Positions 57,552-64,000 of a stretch of DNA of 64,000 nucleotides are shown in pieces (position 1 is the first letter of the stretch; every line of letters begins with the position of its first letter). A program made the position numbers and the translations under genes. The notes beneath the pieces were generated by a model. The model was given only the letters and a program-made list of their open reading frames with translations, was not told the origin of the DNA and made no database searches. The stretch is from the human T2T-CHM13v2.0 reference genome, Homo sapiens. The stretch spans positions 11,872,001 to 11,936,000 of the forward strand of contig CP068257.2 of NCBI GenBank assembly GCA_009914755.4, given 5' to 3'.

Positions 57552-60114
57552 TTAAGAGTAGTTACGGTATTCTTGACTTCACTTATGTCTCAGTAGCCTA
57601 AGATTTGACCTCTACTTGTGAGAATTATATTAGATGGTCTATGTAAAGCTTGAAGCATATTTTCTGGGCAAAATTTAAGGAATTTTCTAGGTTTGAAAAT
57701 CCAAATTTAACAATGCTGTTCAGAAATAGTGTGTTTTATTATTAATAACATATGCAATAAAAATTCTAATCTATTTAATTTCAGGGATTTAGAAAAAGAC
57801 CATGTACTACCAAAATAATTTCATCTGTTTGAAATTGCATTTTTCATATCAAAATGGCACAAGTTCCTTTTATATTAAATGCATTGAAAACCCTCAGCTT
57901 CACACATTTGAATATTTCTATTTTACTGACAATTTATTTACTATTGGGAACTACTCATATTGATTTAAACATACACATAAGTTTATATTTATATTTTTTT
58001 CTCCTTTTCATCACCAGAAAGAATGTTTTAGTTCCTATTTAATGGAACCATCCATTTTTATGTCTTTAAGTCATATATAATTTTTTCTTTGCTATTCCTC
58101 CATTGTTTCTGTTTTATATAATTATTAAATAAATGTCAATTGTTTTGCTATCTGAAGAATGCAAACCACAACTGCTTCTGAAGACCCTATCATATCTAGC
58201 TTTTAACCTACCAGTTATGCACCTAGCGTCAAAAACACCATTTCCTCCGAGATTCACAAGCCTACTGAAATCACCATAGTTCTTTAGTAAGCATCAGAAG
58301 CCTGGAGTATGGATGTATATTTTTCTCCTGTCTTTATTATAAAACCCCTTAGAAAGCAGTGACATTTACTAGATCAGGGATTAAACACTATAATCTACTT
58401 GCAGTGGGAGTCATTAAAATGTTGACCCAACTCTTCACAGAGTTGCAACAAGAACTGTGAAGTGTGTCTTTGCTATTTAAAGTGGGAATGCACTCCTGTG
58501 ATGTAGCAATGTTCATTGGAGAAAAGCACAACTGGGACTGGCCTAGGAGAAGAAAACATTGAAGCAGTCATTTGCAGAGCATATGGGGAACAAAAATTAC
58601 TCCTTTAGTTATGGAAATATTCCCATATTTATGCCCCAGTTTGCAAAGTCCAACAATTGGAAAATTATTCTTTTAGGCTAAGGCAATTTGTCTGCAGCAA
58701 ATACTTGCTTACTGGAAGTTGCGTATTAAAGGAAGTATCATGCATTAAAGTTTCTGACAATACATTAAAAAATTAGCGCAAACTAATACTGATAGCTGTT
58801 TCGAGGGATAGGTGAATCATAGAAAGGGGGACGTTGGAAAGTCCAACATAGCCAGGAGGAGAGAAGAGAGGTAGTATGTAGTACCTTAGATGAATAGTGT
58901 AAAAATTAAATTATAAAAATAAACTTTAAACATTCAGTTCAATGCTTACTACAAGGAAAGTACTTAATAAAATATAGTAGAAATAATAGCAGGGATGTTT
59001 ATAATAATTATCATTATTTTTGAAGTGTTCATAATGGATTATCCAGGAAGATACAGATGTGGATTCACAACCCAAAACCATAAGCCAAGGGTCTTGCCAT
59101 ATTTACCTGCAGGTCAATCATTTATCTGTGGCTTGCTCTCTAAGCACGACTTGTTTCCCAAATACCTGAAAGACTGAACTCTTCACAACTGTCATATCCA
59201 TCGTACATTCCCCACAGGTCTGGCAATAGACCCCAAGAAAATCTTCCCTAGCTGACCACATTTCTAGCACTCTTTGAAATAAGGAAGCACGTTTAGTTTT
59301 AAGATGTTTTTCCTTCTACGAAGAAAAAGGAAATGATTTTTTAAAAACTTAACAAAACTGGTATAAAGATTTAATAGTTTTCTAGTTGTCCCTTGGTATC
59401 CATAGAAGATTGGTTCCAGGACCCTCGCTGATACCAAAATCCATGGATGTTCAAATCCCTGAGTTAAAATGGCATGATATTTGTATACAATCTAAACACA
59501 TCCTCCCATATACTTTAAATCATCTTAGATTACTTATGATGCCTAATACAATATAAATGCTATGTAACTAGTTGTTATACGGTATCACTTTCTGAATTTG
59601 TATTATTTGTATTGTTTTTTATTAATATTTTGGATCCGCTATTGGTTGAATCCAAGAATATGGAACCCACAGAAAAAGAGGTCTAGCTGTAAATCTAAAA
59701 TATGTATCCAATTGTAAAACAAAAAATAAGGATATATAGTAATTATTAGAGTAATCCTGGAAAACTGTATAAATCCTGGAAAACAGGTATAATTATTATT
59801 AGAGTAATACTGGAAAAGGCAAGAGAATAAACAGAAAAATAATAGAAATAAAAATAATTCAAAAAAAATAATTCAGAAAGAGAGCATGAAGGAGTTTTTT
59901 GGTATTAGTAACCTGTTGTATATCTTGGTTGTGGTGCTGATTACATAATATATATGTATGCTAAAATTAATGGATTGTTTACCAGAACAAAGAAAAGGTC
60001 CATTTTACTTTAAGATAATTTTATAAAGTAGAATTTTAAAAAGTAAACCCAGATAATTCAGTACAAGGGCAAATTTCAAAATGAGAAAATAAATTCAATA
60101 ACCTTCTTATAAAT

Positions 60115-60265
60115 TATTCAACAATATATTGAACTTAAATATATTGAACTTAAATATATTTAATTGTTAAATATATTGAACTTAAATATATTTAATTGTT
60201 AAATAAATATATTTAACATTATATTAAATATGTAATATATTAAAATGTAATATGTTAAAATGTAG
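60115..60265. repeat. AT-rich tandem/minisatellite-like repeat block
   Basis: The unit tattgaacttaaatata occurs three times and tttaattgttaaata twice. After that, aatgtaatat[a/g]ttaaaatgta occurs twice. Confidence 0.75.
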
Positions 60266-60607
60266 CCAAAAAGAACCTATTCAAATGAACAATAGGCTAT
60301 ATAAAGTAAATAGGAATAATCTTAAACAGAAATGTGTTGTTTATAAATGACAAAAGCTATACTATTCTAAAAAAAGAAAAAAGTTGACAAATACATTTAA
60401 ATACTTATTATGGTATTGGAGAAAAATGCAACATCGTTCAACACATACATTTTCCCTCCTATAAAATGAAATTCAATAAACCATGAGATATTTTTGAGTT
60501 CACAAAATAATTTTCAAAATTTGTCTGAAGGCAAATCAGATTAAAGTAGTCAAGAATTAGAAATATTATTTCGTTTGTTTGCTTTATGTTTTGGTTTTTA
60601 GCTAACT

Positions 60608-62290
60608 TAAGCTTTTTTTATTCGTACAAATTTATGGGATACGTGTGGAATTTTGTTACATGTATGTAATGCATAGTGATTAAGTCAGGATATTTAGGGT
60701 GTTCGTCACTCCAGTACAATACTTTTTAAAGTATAGTTATCCTACTCTGCTATCAAACATTCAATTTATTCCTCCTATCTTATCCTTTAGTGCACTTCTC
60801 TTTATTCTTTCCCCTGCCCTTTCCACTCACTCTTCCCAGTCTCTGTGATCTATTTTTCCACTTTCTACCTCCACGTGATGAAATTTTTTTAGCTCCTGCA
60901 TATAAGTGAGAACATGGGATAGTTACCATTTTGTGCCTGGTTTATTTCACACCAGTTTTATCCATGTTGCTGCAAATGACATTATTTCATTCTTTTTTAT
61001 GGCTGTGAATAATATTCCATTGTGTATATACACCACATTTTTTGTTGGTTTGTTTTGTTTTCTGTTTTATTTTTTCATGATTTTTATTGGAGGATATCAT
61101 CATGAAATATTCTGTATTTTGTATGTTACTGGCTTGATAATAGATCATGCTCGGGAATTATTTCAGAGCTTCATCACCTCTTCCAAGCACCACTTGGGAC
61201 CTGAGTACCCCAAACATTGCTGGGTACACCTGCACATCATGCTACTGCCCCTGCGCACCAGCACATCCCTGGCTGCTGAGCCGTCCACCTTGCCATCTTC
61301 ACTGGTCAACAGTTCTGCATGCAGTTTGAAGAGCTTTGCAAAATCCCTCACCAACTTCACAAACCCTGAGTCTTTTTACTATCACCTTCATAAGCCCAAA
61401 ACCCCACTTAGGTTGGTCTCATATCTTTGCATTGTGAAAAGTACTGCAATAAACATGCGAGTGCAGGTATCCCCTTGGTATATTGATTTTTTTCCCCTTT
61501 GAGCAAATACCCAGTAGTAAAATTGCTGTTTCCAATGGTGATTCTATTTTTACTTTTGTGAGGAATCGCCATAATGTTGTCTACAGTTGCTATACTGGTT
61601 TACATTCCCACCAACAGTGTAGAAGAGTTCCTTTTTCAATCTGTTATATTTTGTTTTGCTTTGTTTTTGTTTTTGTTTTTAGGAATAGTCATTATGACTA
61701 GGGGAAAATAATATTTCATCGTGGTTTTGATTTGCATTTATATAATGATTAGTGATGTTGAGCATTTTTTCATATATCTTTTGGCCTTTTGTATGTCTTC
61801 TTTTGAGAAATGTCTATTTATATCCTTTGGCCACTTTCCAATGGAATTTTTTTTTCCTGTTGAGTTGTTTGGGTTTTTGGTAAATTCTAGGTATTAGCCC
61901 ACTATTAGATGAACAGTTTGCAAATATTTTCTTCCATTCAGGAGGTTGTCTCTTCACTCTGCTGATTATTTCTTCTGCTGCTCAGAAGCTTTCTAAGTTA
62001 ATTAAGTCCCATTTGTCTATTTTTATTTGTGTTGCTTGTGGCTTTTGAGGTGTTAGTCATAAATTCTTTGCCTAGACAAAAGGCCAGGAAATTTTTCCCT
62101 AGGTTTTCTTCAAGTATTTTTATAGTTTCAGGTCTTCTGTTTAAGTTTTTAATCTACTTTGAGTTGATTCTTGTATATAGTGAGATAGTGGTCCAGTTTC
62201 ATTTTTCTGGATGTGGCTATCCAATTTTCCCAGCACCATTTATTGAAGAGTGTGTCCTTTCCCCAGTGTCAGCTTTGTTGAAGATCAAAT
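60608..62290 (-). mobile_element. L1 (L1PA/PB-type) 3' region (ORF2 C-terminus plus 3'UTR) in antisense. It contains a ~370-bp non-L1 insert at ~61040-61410.
   Basis: Starts with the reverse complement of an L1 3' terminus (…ttttattcgtacaaatttatgggatacgtgtggaattttgttacatgtatg…) and runs through …cccagcaccatttattgaagagtgtgtcctttccccagtgtcagctttgttgaagatcaaat. Between cacattttttgtt and cacttaggttgg, L1 has ~30 bp but the window has ~400 bp. Confidence 0.7.
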
Positions 62291-62499
62291 CTGCAAACAA
62301 ATTATAAAACTGTAATATCTAAGTAATATTGGAGAAGCACAGAAAACAACTGACAATATAAGGGACTTGAGAACAATGAATTATATATAGACCAAGTATA
62401 TATAAGACCTTACAATATTATAATGTGAATATGTTACCTGAATTGCCAAAAGGGACTTTGTAGATGGATTTAAGGTTGCTAATCAGCTTGCCTTCCAAA

Positions 62500-64000
62500 T
62501 GCTACCGGAGGTACAAAGAGGAGCTGGTACCATTCCTTCAGAAACTATTACAAACAATAGAAAAAGAGGGACTCCTCCCTAACTCATTTTATGAGGCCAA
62601 CATCATCCTGATACCAAAACCTGGCAGAGACACACATAAAAAAGAAAATTTCAGGCCAATATCCCTGATGAACATCAGTGCAAAAATCCTCAATAAAATA
62701 CTGGCAAACCAATTCCAGCAGCACATCAAAAAGCTTATCCACCATGATCAAGTTGGCTTCATCCCTGGGATGCAAGGCTGGTTCAACATACCCAATCAGT
62801 AAACATAATCCATCACATAAACAGAACCAATGACAAACATCACATGATTATCTCAATAGATGCAGAAAAGGCCTTCGATAAAATTCACCCCTTCATGCTA
62901 AAAACTCTAAATAAACTAGGTATTGATGGAACGTATCTGAAAATAATAAGAGCTATTTATGACACACCCACAGCCAATATCATACCGAATGGGCAAAAGC
63001 TGGAAGCATTCTGTTTGAAAACCAGCACAAGACAAGGATGCCCTTTCTCACCATTCTTATTCAACACAGCATTGGAAGTTCTGGCCAGGGCAATCAGGGA
63101 AGAGAAAGAAATAAAGCGTATTCAAATAGGAAGAGAGGGAGGTAAATTGTCAAAGTTTGCAGATGACATGATTGTATATTTAGAAAACCCCATCATCTTA
63201 GCCCAAAATCTCCTTAAGCTGATAAGCAACTTCAGCAGTCTCGGGATACAAAATCAATGTGCAAAAATTACAAACATTCCTATACACCATTAATAGATAA
63301 ACAGCCAAATCATGAGTGAACTCCCATTCACAATTGCTACAAAGAGAATAAAATACCTAGGAATACAACTAACAAGGGATATGAAGGACCTCTTCAAGGA
63401 GAATTACAAACCACTGCTCAAGGAAAAAGAGAGGACACAAACAAATGGAAAAACGTTCTGTGCTCATGGATAGGAAGAATCAATATCATGAAAATGGCCA
63501 TACTGCCCAAAGTAATTTACAGATTCAATGCTATCCCCATCAAGCTACCATTGACTTTCTTCACAGAATTAGAAAAAACAACTTTAAATTTCATATGGAA
63601 CCAAAAAAGAGCCTGTATAGCCAAGACAATCCTAAGCAAAAAGAACAAATCTGGAGGCATCACACTACCTGACTTCAAACTATACTACAAGGCCGCAGTA
63701 ACCAAAACAGCATGGTGCTGGTACCAAAACAGATATATAGACCAATGGAACAGAAAAGAGGCCTTAGAAATAATGCCACACATCTACAACCATCTGATCT
63801 TTAACAAGCCTGACAAAAGCAAGCAATGGGAAAAGGATTCCGTATTTAATAAATGATGTGAAAACTGGCTAGACATATGCAGAAAACTGAAACTGAACCC
63901 CTTCCTTACACCTTATACAAAATTAACTCAAGATGGATTAAAGGCTTAAATGGAAAACCTAAAACCATAAAAACCCTAGAAGAAAACCTAGGCAATACCA
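62500..64000 (+). mobile_element. L1PA-like ORF2 fragment in sense (RT domain through ORF2 aa ~990), degraded by stops and frameshifts. It continues past the window end.
   Basis: ORFs 62464-62802, 62844-63293 and 63488-63856 read …[58 protein letters not shown]…[18 protein letters not shown]…[26 protein letters not shown]…[52 protein letters not shown]. Confidence 0.85.

Noticed and set aside
60906-61502. 198-aa ORF on the plus strand
   Set aside because: It runs through the antisense of an L1 3' region plus an embedded non-L1 insert. It is low-complexity, Phe/Ile-rich with no motifs, so it is an antisense-repeat artefact.

Overview
This window is primate, almost certainly human, nuclear DNA. 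It is not a prokaryotic or accessory-element region. Alu SINEs with target-site duplications, young and old L1 LINEs, ERV/LTR remnants, a MIR and DNA-transposon relics make up well over half of the 64 kb. Host content is sparse.

- **Left-edge exon.** A 5'-partial, apparently terminal coding exon runs to a TAG at 719-721 on the plus strand. The protein is unidentified.
- **Olfactory-receptor genes.** Two family-4-like (class II) OR genes sit on the minus strand about 36 kb apart, at 16519-17494 and 53358-54302. Both are disrupted in this sequence. The first has a single 1-bp homopolymer frameshift in an otherwise intact 7TM reading frame. The second has at least two frameshifts.
- **Setting.** The window therefore lies inside an OR4-type gene cluster. 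The 14q11.2 OR4K neighbourhood is a from-memory guess and is not verifiable here.
- **Twin-priming L1PA.** One L1PA insertion shows a textbook 5' inversion and an 11-bp target-site duplication.
- **ERV remnant.** A gammaretrovirus-like provirus remnant (integrase plus env) retains a recognisable immunosuppressive domain and CX6CC motif in env TM.
- **Alus.** Several Alus keep perfect target-site duplications. One is young and CpG-rich. Another has a poly-A tail expanded into a roughly 115-bp pentanucleotide microsatellite.

No CRISPR arrays, prokaryotic defence or operon-like systems are present. The supplied ORF track allows non-ATG starts (for example GTG at 125). Most of its ORFs are L1 ORF2 or ERV fragments, or antisense-repeat artefacts.
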